Positions 51,793 through 63,702 of a DNA stretch of 64,000 nt are shown here, piece by piece; within the stretch, counting starts at the first letter, position 1; every line of letters starts with the position of its first letter. A program made the position numbers and the translations under genes. The notes beneath the pieces were generated by a model that saw only the letters and a program-made list of their open reading frames with translations, searched no databases and had not been told where the DNA came from. The stretch lies in assembly GCA_035221665.1 (NCBI GenBank), contig CM069142.1, positions 124,001 through 188,000 of the forward strand, in the 5' to 3' direction. The DNA comes from Okamejei kenojei. Lineage: Eukaryota.

Positions 51793-53909
51793 TTGCGGAT
51801 GTGGCCGTGACGGGAATGGTGGCCCAAGCTTTAGCCCAGGATGGCCTCACCAGAGGCCACGCCTGGCACATGGCATGATTTGTTCTCCAGAACAAATCAA
51901 AAAAGAAAGATTTTTTTTCTCTCTAAGACTTCAGCACCAGTCGGGAATGGCGCTGAATAAAGGTACGTATGCAACAAGAGACTGAGTTTTTACGCTTCTC
52001 GTCCCGCGAATCAGGAGAAATTCACAAGGTAGGGGACTTTTGTTTTCCGCGGTCTTTTGAGGTCGGACATTCGCGTCTATTCCATTTATAGCCATGTGGG
52101 ACGGCTCAACAAAGCTGCGTGACGGTAATTACTCCAATCATCCGGACAAGGAACTTTTGAAAAATACGGTAAGCTTTATAATTTTATCAAGAATAGACGA
52201 TTTTGTTAAGGGTGACAAATATTTTAATTATTAATACCTACCGTTTAAAAGTATTTTCATTTACAATAGATCCCCCATTAAATAAATATGCCAACTTGAA
52301 ATTTCACTAGTAACCACTGGGACATGCGGTTTGGGGGGGGACGGGGGGGGGGGGGGCGACATCGAATAGCGAGTAAAAAAAAAACTTTATTCATTTAGGG
52401 TTTAATCTTTATTTATGAGGATTATGTTTATTAACAATATAGAGGAAGAAGAAATGGGATAGAAATAATCAAAGTAGCAGGACACCAAAATAGACGCTTA
52501 CTGAAGAATCACCCAAATGTCTTATCTGAGCTATGGAGGCTATTAAATAAGTGCAATCCAGAAAATAGTCATCAATCATTCCACACTGCTACCAATTTCA
52601 AAGTTTCTCATGACCAACAATCAGAAACAAAGTGCCAAACTTAGTTAATCCATCCGTACAGTATATGTTTTACTTTACCATACCAGAGACACTGTGATGA
52701 AACAGGTCCTTCGGCTCATCGGGACCACGCCGACCAGCGATCACCCCATACGCTAGGACTATCCTACACACTGCACATGGCAGAGTATTCAGCTAGCCAC
52801 GCGGTGGGAGGATCCCGGCAAGCCTCGGCAAAGCCCACCAGCAGGCCCAGCTGGCTTGCCGTGGACTGAGCACCTGCTCCCCAGACCGGAACCCGCCTGT
52901 AAGGCCCGGCTCACCTGCCCAGAGTGGAGTGAGTTGGACAGAGTGCCAGTAAACAGACCGACTGCAGGAGGCAGTGCATTGCCTTGACGGGGGAGTGGGC
53001 CGCTGGAGGCCCTGCAACAGCCTGGGCCTCGGCTGGACTGGACACTGCTCCAAGAGGCCAAGCACGTGGAGCGGGCACCGTCTAGAGTGGTGGAGGACAT
53101 CATGGTCACACATGGCCAGGCCGACCCTGCAATGCCACCAGGACAACAGGCCATCATGGTCAGGTCAAGAACCCTGCACTTACAATTGTCACTCGAAAAT
53201 GGCACCAAATATGGTGACTGTACACTGACTCGGTGTGCTACTGCAAGACACTTGTATCTGTGATGCTCAGCTAACACGTATCTAAGTGTTTCTGTATAGT
53301 GACACGTACTGAACTGTATACAGAAATGAATTTCACTGTACCTCAGTACATGAGAGAAATAACGTGCCATTGAATCACTGAACACAAGGAATAAATTACA
53401 ATTTCTGGAAGCCAATTAACCTACAAACCCCATCTTTGGAGAATGGGAGGAAACCGGAGCACCTGGAGAAATCCTATGAGGTCACAGGGAGAACGTACAA
53501 ACTCCATACAGACACCCCCCCAGTCAGGATGGAACCCGGGTCTCTGGCGCTGTGAGGCAGCAACTCTACCACTGCGCCAACACTACACGTGACAATAATA
53601 AACCTAAATCTAAATCTTGTGGGGCGGTGAGACTAAATCCTGGAATAGTTCACCAACAAACTTGTCAAAGGACAAATCAAAATAGGACGTACATGGTAAA
53701 TGGTAGGGAATTGAGGAATGCTGTGGAACAGAGGGATCTAGGAATAACTGTGCATAGTTCCCTGAAGGTGGAATCGCATGTAGATAGGGTGGTAAAGAAA
53801 GCCTTTGGTGTGCTGGCCTTTATAAATCAGAGCATTGTATATAGGAGTAGGGAAGTAATGTTAAAATTGTACAAGGCATTGGTAAGACCAATTCTGGAGT
53901 ATGGTGTAC

Positions 53910-56900
53910 AATAGTAAGATCAAATGAGAACTTACCAGTTTGAAATTTGATCTTTATTTTATGAGGAGTTACGATGAGGGATTACGTGAAGACCCCGCCA
54001 GGACGCATGCGCGACATTCTTCAAAGCAGTGGTGTGAAATCACAGATACCAGAGTAGACTAATATAGTAAGATAAGAGAGAACTTCCATACCAGTTGAAC
54101 TTTATAATAGAGGGTTTTGGGAGCGGAGGGCACGTAATCCCTCATCGTAACTCCTCATAAAATAAAAGATCAAACTTCAAACTGGTAAGTTCTCATTTAA
54201 TCTTACTATTTTACTTCGGAGTCACGTGAGTGACTACGTGAAGATTTCAAAGCTCTGTGATTTCATGCCCTGGAACGAGACCATGCTCACACACTGCCAT
54301 TCTGGGACGGAGGATGAACGTATTTCACACACGACACTGTGCTGAAAAAAACAATAAAGGTATTATTCATACCTAAAATAATATGCCCCACATTGGGCAA
54401 TTTATTTTACAGAACTTAATTTTTCCCTGCAAACGTCTCAGGATCGGCCACGGGTTTATTATAAAGCATTGAATGCGTTCATTGCTCCACCCCGTTGTGG
54501 CAAGGATGTGGTCCATAGGAACTCCCATCATCCTAGCGTCCGATGTAGATGCAGCCCTGTTGGAGTGAGATTTGAAACATTAGTATTCACCACTACACGT
54601 AATACCACCAGAAACATCTGGATATGGTTTGCACTGTGACCTTAGGTGAGGGCATTTATGGCTAATGAGAAAGCTCTCTCCGTGCCCATAAGTGTCTTGG
54701 TGACTATATATTGGAAAGTATGTGTCACTATGCAGGGCCGACTATCTGCAGGATAGGCCAGAACTCTAATATTGGCCAAAGGAACCGGGTCAGTCTAGTT
54801 TAAGTACCCCTGTATGTAGCAGGTTATGTGCCATTTGTGACAGACATGACGCCCTATTCTAGCTTGTGTAAGGACTGGACCCGTTGTGCTGATCCAAGTG
54901 CCATAATCATTCCCATCTAGGATATTAGTTTGTCCAGAGTGAGCCCCGATATTGGTGTCCATCCTCCGTAACATGGTGTACTACCTATGTCCCATATATG
55001 GGTGTATCTGGGCCTGGGGGGAATAGAGTACAAATACCCCTCATTCGTTTATGTACTAGTGGGTGTGATCCTATAGCCAGGTGATCACTCCCTCTGCCCA
55101 GATATTAGATAGGGCACTCCTTGCACAATAATGGCACTGTAACTCAATCCTTCATCGAAATGAAGGGTGGCCAGAACTCCAGCACTTCAGTGTTGGTGGC
55201 TGAGTCATATGTAGTGTTCGTCCTGGTGCTGAACACTTCCCATTTCCTGACATATGTCAGGTACTGTCTTCTCGTGGACTCCCTGCACGACGCTGAGATG
55301 GCATTGATCGTCCTTGATGAAAGCATGCCTACTTTCACCAGTCATTGAAAGTAGGCATGCAGGTGCAGCAGGCAGTGAAAAAAGCGAATGGTATGTTAGC
55401 TTTCATAGCAAAAGGATTTGAGTACAGGAGCAGGGAGGTTCTACTTCAGTTGTACAGGGTCTTGGTGAGGCCACACCTGGAGTATTGCGTACAGTTTTGG
55501 TCTCCAAATCTGAGGAAGGACATTATTGCCATAGAGGGAGTGCAGAGAAGGTTCACCAGACTGATTCCTGGGATGTCAGGACTGTCTTATGAAGAAAGAC
55601 TGGATAGACTCGGTTTTATACTCTCTGGAATTTAGGAGATTGAGAGGGGATCTTATAGAAACTTACAAAATTCTTAAGGGGTTGGACAGGCTAGATGCAG
55701 GAAGATTGTTTCCCGATGTTGGGGAAGTCCAGGACAAGGGTCACAGCTTAAGGATAAGGGGGGGAAATCCTTTAAGACCGAGATGAGAAAGACTTTTTTC
55801 ACACAGAGAGTGGTGAGTCTCTGGAACTCTCTGCCACAGAGGGTAGTTGAGGCCAGTTCATTGGCTATATTTAAGAGTGAGTTGGATGTGGCCCTTGTGG
55901 CTAAGGGGATCAGAGGGTATGGAGAGAAGGCAGGTACGGGATACTGAGTTGGATGATCAGCCATGATCATATTGAATGGCGGTGCAGGCTCGAAGGGCTG
56001 AATGGCCTACTCCTGCACCTAATTTCTATGTTTCTATGTTTCTATGTCCTGTCGGAGAGTCCGTATCCCAGAAATGGCCTGTTCAGAAACTGCAAATCAA
56101 CAAGTTCATACAGTCACGGCACGGATACTTTCCCGCACGGGGTGTGCCAACCTCCTTGGCCGTTGTTGATCCAGATGCAGGGTTCTGAGACCATCTTTGT
56201 ACTGTTGGGAACCATGGTACCCGTTGCGGCGTCTTGTTTAATTATTGTAAGACTCGCCTGATGAGGCAGAAGGGGAAAATGCATAGCAAAACAAATCCCC
56301 CCCCCCCCCCCCCCCCCCCCAATGCAGCGAGAAATCGTCCATCGCTGCTGCCCCTGGGTCTGGTTTCCCAAGCAACATATGTTTGGTAGTTGGTGAATTA
56401 GTCCGGATGGAAAAAAGGTCGATATCTGGTGTCCCATACCGGTCTATAATATCTGTAAACACTTTCCGATCCAACATCCATTTAATGTTGTCGTTGAATT
56501 TACGTGACCTGATGTCTGCCACTGTATTTAGCTTACCTGGAAGGTAAGTGGTTGAGATCCAAATCTCTCTCCCAGACACCAGTGCCAGATATTATTAGGC
56601 AATTCATCACATGATATCGACTTTATTTCACCCATATGATTATATAATAGGCCCCCAGTGTGGTATCAATCTGTACCGTACATGCAAACTGGTGCTCATC
56701 TGAGCAGTAGGCCCTGAGTCCATGAAACGCTCCCAGCATTTCTAGATAATTAATTCCTAGTGCTTTAAACAGAATAAGTTTTGTGCACTCATCTGCCACC
56801 ACAACTTGCGGTGGTATTAGTTGCTCTCCCAACCTTTAGCACTGGCATCAGTCTGTAATGTACCCTAGGGATATAGAATGGGGTGATGGGGTTAGGATAA

Positions 56901-59283
56901 TATGGAACATTTCTATCCACCAGTTTAATTCTAATTTACTTTCCCTGGTAGTTGCATAGGCCTATTGAAATGGCCTGTATGATTTTTGAGAGCTAAAATT
57001 TCCCTCTTCCAGGTTTTAATAATGGAGTGGTCCAATTGTGCTGCTGGGAACGCAGCCACCAATTCCCAATCACTCTTGCTCCTTGCCGAATGGATGGTTC
57101 CCTGATGCCAGTGAGGCTTTTGCATACTCCCATCAAGTCTGTCACTTTGTTTGGTGGCAAGGTGATAGACATATGAACAGAGTCAATAGTGAACCCCAAA
57201 TAATCCATGGTAGTGGAGGGTTCCAATTTTGATTTATCTGGATGTACGTTAAATCTCTGTGTTGTGGCTGATACCACCAATGTAGCCAGCTCCAATTTTC
57301 ACCTACAATGAGAATATATCATCAAGGTAAGCCATGACGATATGGTTATGTTTCTTTAAGTATGCTAAAGCTGGTTTTAATAAATTTGTAATAGCCTGGG
57401 TGCTGATGACAACCCATTGGATAAGGCATACTGCCATTGCTGTCCCATCCAGATAAATTTCAGGTATTTACGATGACCCTGTGTGTGACAAACGTGTCTA
57501 TTTTGAAATGGGCATACTGAACAGGAAGTATTTAGTTCGGTCAAATCTGTAATGATACGGCAACCACCATCTTTTTAGTTTTTTTATAAATATATTTGAT
57601 ACGAACTCTTGAAATTCTCTGATTGTTTTCTCAATCCCTTTTGTGTTTAGTCTTAACAGTTCAGCATGGCCTGCTGTTCTCTCTTTTTGTGAAGTATGAA
57701 CTTCCTGCTAGGCGTATGCTGAACTGGGACGGTAGTTCGTATACAAATTCAATTTTGTAATTCTGAATACTTTCCGAGTATGTAAAAGTTCAGAGGTAAA
57801 AAGTGCAGCACACATGATGAAACAAGTGCAACCGTCCCCCAACTTTAATGAATCGGACATGCAATGTTTTTTAAGACAACCAGACCCACCTACCTCCATG
57901 GTTACCGGTATTGTGTGGGTTGTCTCCGCAGTTGTTTCTTCTGGTATTGTGTTGCTGCGTTGTGGGGTTGGCGCGTTTTCCATGAAGGCCGGGCTGGCCA
58001 TGGTCTGAAAGACCGCTGTGCAGGTGGGCCGGCCTTCGAGCTTTCACCACCAGATGGTCTTCCATAGCACCGATGTCTGGTGGGTGTGTAGGGGTGCTGC
58101 CACTGTTGATAGTGGGTTTTAGAGGTGCTTGGCACCTTGATCAGGCCTATAGCCTTGGCTTCCTCATGCAGGTCTTTTCACCTGCTTCGGGAGGTCCCCC
58201 AACAGCAATTTTGGCGCCTGTGTGCTACTTTCTTGCATAATTCCGCACTTCTTGATGATGCTCTTCCTGTAACTGTAAATCTCCACTGAGTATTACACAG
58301 TCTGCTAGAGCATCACGTAACTCTTCAGGCAAATCAACCCCATCAGTTGTCCTGGTACTGCTGTGATTTTAGCAGCCAGAAGTTTCCTCTGGAGCTTCAC
58401 CTCCTGGCTCCTTATAGATGGGCTCCTGTTGCCCCAGATGGGGTCATAGACTGCTGGTACTTTAAGAGAAATGGAGTTCTCTGGAACAATGTACTTCCCA
58501 GCCATAAAGTTAATGGCTTGCACCTGTAGCTGGTTTGTAGCCATGTATTTCTTACTGGCTTGCAGCTTTGTATAGGCAGTCCTTCTTGAGTTGATACAGC
58601 ATGTGTCCCACAATCTTCTGCTGCTCTCTCTTCTGGCACCCCTCACAGTTGACTGTTCAGCCATTGCCCCTTCTTCAGGGTCAGCCCAGCTCTGACCCCT
58701 AATGCTCCCCTGCGAAGAGGGTGAGACATTTGGCAGTCCTTGAAAGGATCCTGCCGTGGGTCTGCGAAGAGACCCACTGTGACTCTGCCCCTGCATAAGC
58801 AGGTCACGCTGGAGCACTGCTCCCCACCCGCTCCCGCGGGAAAGACGCCCGCCGTCCCTATCCGGGAATGGGGTGTCTTCAGGTCCCGGACCCAGAGCCG
58901 AGTCAACGGACCTGTCCGACTTCCGGGAGGTTTTGCCGCCGACCGCGGCGCACCTGCGGTCTGTAGCGGCGAGAAGCCGGCAGCTGCTGGCAGCACCTGC
59001 AGCTCTGGGAGAGACGGCACGCTGCTGGCTGCTTCCACAGCAGCGGTATCAGCTGCTGCTCTCCCTTACGCGACTCCATGGTGCTTCCTCCTGAAAAAGA
59101 AATTACACCGAGTCGCCACGCTCACCAGAAAAGGTAAGACTTACCTTCAGTAATTTTTCAAAATTCGCGCTGGAGGAGCGGCGCTCCTCCCGACTGTCGC
59201 TTCCGCAATGCGTTCGACGATATGTCGCGCATGCGTCCTGGCGGGGTCTTCACGTAGTCACTCACGTGACTCCGAAGTAAAAT
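53910..59283 (-). mobile_element. Full-length degenerate DIRS1-like tyrosine-recombinase retrotransposon (gag, RT/RNaseH, Dam-like, YR)
   Basis: Inverted termini and internal complementary region (54131-54243); MAYLDDI RT motif ~57313-57335; TYLPGKLNTVAD and PDIDLF motifs; YR FKSHSNRAASTS ~54541-54576. Confidence 0.92.
55315..56045 (+). mobile_element. Young CR1 inserted in the DIRS YR region
   Basis: GTCCT duplication at 55310-55314 and 56046-56050; TTTCTATG tail. Confidence 0.9.
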
Positions 59284-59985
59284 TTTGGTCGCCTAGTTAT
59301 AGGAAGGATGTCAACAAAATAGAGAGAGTACAGAGGAGATTTACTAGAATGTTGCCAGGGTTCCAGCAACTATGTTACAGAGAAAGGTTGAACAAGTTAG
59401 GTCTTTATTCTTTGGAGCGCAGAAGGTTAAGGGGGGACTTGATTGAGGTCTTTATAAGGGATAGACAGAGTTGACGTGGATACGTTTTTCCCATTGAGGG
59501 TAGGGAAGATTCAAACAAGAGGGCATGACATGAGAATTAAGGAACAGAGGTTTCGGGGTAACGTGAGGGGGAACTTCTTTACTCAGAGGGTGGTGGCTGT
59601 GTGGAATCAGCTTCCATCAGAAGTGGTGGAGGCAGGATCGATTTTAACATTTAAGAGTAAAGTGGATAGGTATATGGACGTGAAGGGAATGGAGGGGTAT
59701 GGTCTGAGTGCAGGTAGATGGGACTAGGGGAAAACAAATGGTCGGCACGGACTGGAATGGCCGAGAGGGCCTGTTTCCGTGCTGTAATTGTTATATGGTT
59801 ATATGGTTAATGACTGATGGATAGACAAAAGATGTCTGCCTACCTTTGTCTACCTTTGATTTTTCCAGCATCTGCAGTTCTTTCTTAAACAATGACTGAT
59901 GATCTCAGATTATGAATGAAAATATCTCTAATAAGCTTATTTAAATTAACTTTTACTTGATTAATAATCTCAGAGATAAACTTAC

Positions 59986-60249
59986 TCGAGAAGCCCACTC
60001 GAGTCTGTTTTTTCATCCACTTATGCCACATTGAGCAGATGTACTGATTCTGTTCCTCATATGCGTTCAGACTGCGGGTCACGTTGAAATAGCCATTGCT
60101 TTCTATCGTGATTATTTCACTGTACTCATTTAAATCGTTCTCCGATTTGTCCTTCCACTCCACCGTTGGGGCAGGATACCAGCCTGATGACTGGCAAGAG
60201 AGCGTGCGGTTTTCGGATTTCCAGATAACTTTGATAGGATCAGTAGCAG
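59986..60249 (-). CDS. B7/butyrophilin-like gene B, C-type Ig domain exon
   Basis: LSCQSSGWYPAPTVEWKD..GYFNVTRSL..YICSMWH; acceptor tttcttttcttggcag, donor GTAAGT; 264 nt, phase 1/1. Confidence 0.9.
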
Positions 60250-61320
60250 CTGCCAAGAAAAGAAACATAAATAGCAACCATTAATGGTAACATGGTGGCA
60301 CAGCGGTCGAGTTGCTGCCTCACAGCGCCACAGACCTGGCTTCCATCCTGACTATGGGTGCTGTCTGTACGGAGTTTGTCCGTTTTACCCGTGACCGCGT
60401 GGGTTTTCTCCAGGTGCTCCATTGTCCTCCCACACTCCAAAGACGTGCAGGACAATTGAGATTTTTTACTGATGCCAATTAACCTACCGACCTAGGATAG
60501 ACATAAAATGCTGGAGTAACTCAGGCAGCATCTCTGTAGAAGGAATGGGTGACGTTTCGGGTCAAGACCTTTCTTCAGACCTGTATGTCTTTTGTGTGGG
60601 AGGAAGCTGGTGTCCCCGGAGAATACCCACGTGGTCACGGGGAGAACGTACATACTCCATACAGACTGTACCCATAGTAAGGATCGAACTCTGGTCTCTG
60701 GTGCAGTAAGACAGCAACTCTACCACTGTGCTGCCATTAATAGTTGTATAATTAGACACCCCAACGACACCCCTGTTCTTTGTTACTTTGATGCCATGGA
60801 CATTCTCAGCTACATTTCATCCTGACAGAGGCATGAAGTTTATTTGAACTGGTGGAACTTCACAAGAGAATTTTGATGAAGGGAGATGACACAAGAATTT
60901 TCAGCATCTGGCTTCCTGTAAAAAAAGCTGTGTTAAGAATTAAAAAGAATCCCTAATACTGAACAATGAAATAAATAAACCCAGGTACATTTGACCCTCA
61001 CTGTAAACAGAACAAGAGAGAAGACAAGGAGGTTTCCAGTAGTGCGTGAGTCTAGGACCCGAGGGCACAGCATCAGAATAAAACAATGTTCCTTTTGAAG
61101 GGAGAAGAGGAGGAATTTCTACAGCCCGAGGGCGGTGAATCTGTGGAATTCATTGCCACAGACAGCTGTGGAGTCCAAGTCATTGGGTATTTTTAAAATG
61201 GAGATTGACAGGTTCTTGATTAGTACAGGAGTCAGGGGGTATGGGGAGAAGGCAGGAGATGACTGAATGACCGATGGGCCGAATGGCCTAATTCTGTTCC
61301 TATCAAGTATGAAGACATAC

Positions 61321-61656
61321 CCCAAACAGATAGCTGGACAAATCCATCTCCATATGCATTGTCAGTGCTAATACTGACAATGTACTTTCCCTCATCCCAG
61401 ATGTCGACATTCTTCAATGTAAGGAATGCTTTTCCTTCTTTAAATGAGAATGTGTTGACGTCGATTCTTCCCGAGTAGTTGGCATGTTTGCTGACATCGC
61501 TTTTATCGTCCTTGTACTCGTACAAGATTCCGGCATCTTGATCCTTCTTCCACATCACCCAAGGTGCACATGGATCGTCGCAGTCAAACGTACACTTGAA
61601 GGTGACATTCTTGCCGATCTCTACATCTGTGGCCTGTTCACAAGTGATGAATGCAT
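61321..61656 (-). CDS. B7/butyrophilin-like gene B, V-type Ig domain exon (leader exon not found in window)
   Basis: GKNVTFKCTF..VMWKK..YSGRI..GKAFLTLKNVDIWDEGKY; acceptor tcttttgttcag, donor G|GTATGT; 336 nt, phase 1/1. Confidence 0.9.
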
Positions 61657-62799
61657 CTGAACAAAAGACAGAAACGGGTTATTATTGTCACCTTCACTTG
61701 AGTTGAGTTTAGTTTATTGTCACGTGTACCGAGGTACAGTGAAAAGCTTTTTGTTGGGTGCTAACCAGTCAGCAGAAAGACAATACATGACTACAATCGA
61801 GCCGCCCAAAGTGGACAGATACACGATAAAGGCAACAATGTGCACAATGTTTAGCGCAAGATAAAGTCCAATCAAAGATAATCTGGTGGTCTCGAATGAG
61901 GTAGATAATAGTTCAGGAATTCTCTCTAGTTATTGGTGGGATGGGTCAATTGTCTAATAACAACTGGGAAAAAACTGTCCCTGAATCTGGTGGTGTGCGT
62001 TTTCACACTTCTGTACCTCTTGCCTGATGGGAGAGGGGAGAGGGGAGAGGGAAGAAGAGGGAGTGGCCAGGGTGCAACTTGTCCTTAATTACGCTGCTGG
62101 TCTTGCCGAAGCGAGTCAAAGGAATGGAGGTCCCGACCCGAAACGTCACCCATTCCATCTCTCCAGAGATGCTGCCAGTTCCGCTGCGTTACTCCAGCAT
62201 TTTGTGTCTACCAAAGGAATGGAGGTTGGTTTGTGTGATGGTCTGGGCTGTCTGTGTTCACAACTCCCTGCAATTTATTGCGGTCTTGAGCTGATCCCAA
62301 ACCAGGCTGTGATGCATCCTGATAAAATGCTTTCTGTGGTGCATATGTAGAAGTTGCTGAGAGTTGTTGGGGATATATGCACAGAGATACAGCGAAAAGC
62401 TTTGTTTAGCATGCAGTCCAATCATATCTGATACTATACATAAGTACAATCAAGCCAAACTCCAACAAAGAGAGTGCAGAATATAGTTCTCAGCATTGTA
62501 GCGCAATAGTTCCATAGACAAAGGAGTTGGAGTCTGAGGGTGGTGAATCTGTGGAATTTATTACCACAGACAGCAGTGGATACTGTCTTTTTTTAAATCA
62601 GAGATTGCTAGATTCTTGACTAGTAAGCGTGTCAGATATGCCATTTCTTGCGGCCTTGGTAGGTAATTATATGTTATTGTCGTTGGTTTACTATTGTCAC
62701 CTGTACTGAGATAGTAAAAATATATCATTATGTGCTATCCAGACAGATCATATCATACACAAGTACAACAGGTTGTGCTAAAGACAAATGAAAATTACA

Positions 62800-63655
62800 G
62801 TGTGTAGGAAAGAACTGCAGAGGCTGGTTTACACCGAAGGTAGACACAAAATGCTGGAGTAACTCAGTGGGACAGGCAGCATCTCTGGAGAGAAGGAATG
62901 GGTGAAGTTTCAGGTCGGGACCCTTCATCAGAGTGAGTGTCAGGAGAGAGGGAAACAGATGTGGAAGGGTAAGGTGTGGAAACAAGAAATCAAAAGGGGA
63001 GTTGTCAAGAAAAATATAGAATGAATCATTGTTAGCTGCAGCAATGCATCCAACCAGTAAAATATAGTCAGGAGGAAGCTAATCGAACTAGCATGAGGGA
63101 GAGATGGAGAAAGGAGAAAAGCAAGGATTACTTCAAGTTACTTGAAGTCAATATAAATACATCTAGGTTATAAACTGCCCAAGCAAAATGTGAGGTGCTG
63201 GGCCTCGCACTGACAGCGGAGGAGGCCCGGGACAGAAAGGTTAGTGTGGGAATGGGAGGTGGAGTTCAAGTATTTAGCAACTGGGAGGTCATGTTGGCCA
63301 AGGCAGACTGAGCAGAGGTGTTCAACGAAACAATCGCCGAGCGATGAGGTTGGAGGAGGTGCAAGTGAACCTCTGCCTCACCTGAAAGGACTGTCGGGGT
63401 CCTTGGATAGTCGAGGGAGAAGGTATAGGGACAGGTGTTGCATCTCCATTTGTTGCGGGAGAAAGTACCTGGGGAGGGGGTGGTTTGGGTGGGAAAGGAC
63501 GAGTTGACCGGGGAGATGCGGAGGGAATGGTCTCCATGGAAAGGGGTGGAAATGGGAAGATGTGGATTGTGGTGGAATCCTGTTGGAGGTGGCGAAAATG
63601 TCAGAGGATGATGTGCTGTATGCGACAGTCTTTTCAGGTGAGGCAGGTTCTTTAG
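62800..63655 (-). mobile_element. Penelope-like element remnant with terminal repeat
   Basis: Homologous to 29020-29750 (CNTCPY..QGPRQSFQVRQRFTCTSSNL); CTGATGA core at ~62925-62931. Confidence 0.75.
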
Positions 63656-63702
63656 CAACTTGTCAGTTTCTTTGTTGAACTAAATTAAGGCGTATGTCGC
63701 AA

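Larger units (their letters stand above)
53670..59808 (+). mobile_element. CR1 LINE (second subfamily) split by the DIRS insertion
   Basis: Reading ..RPILEYGVQ (to 53911) resumes as FWSPSYRKD (from ~59283). Confidence 0.9.

Noticed and set aside
52789-53415. 208-aa GC-rich ORF
   Set aside because: No recognisable domain or splice structure; embedded among SINE/LINE fragments
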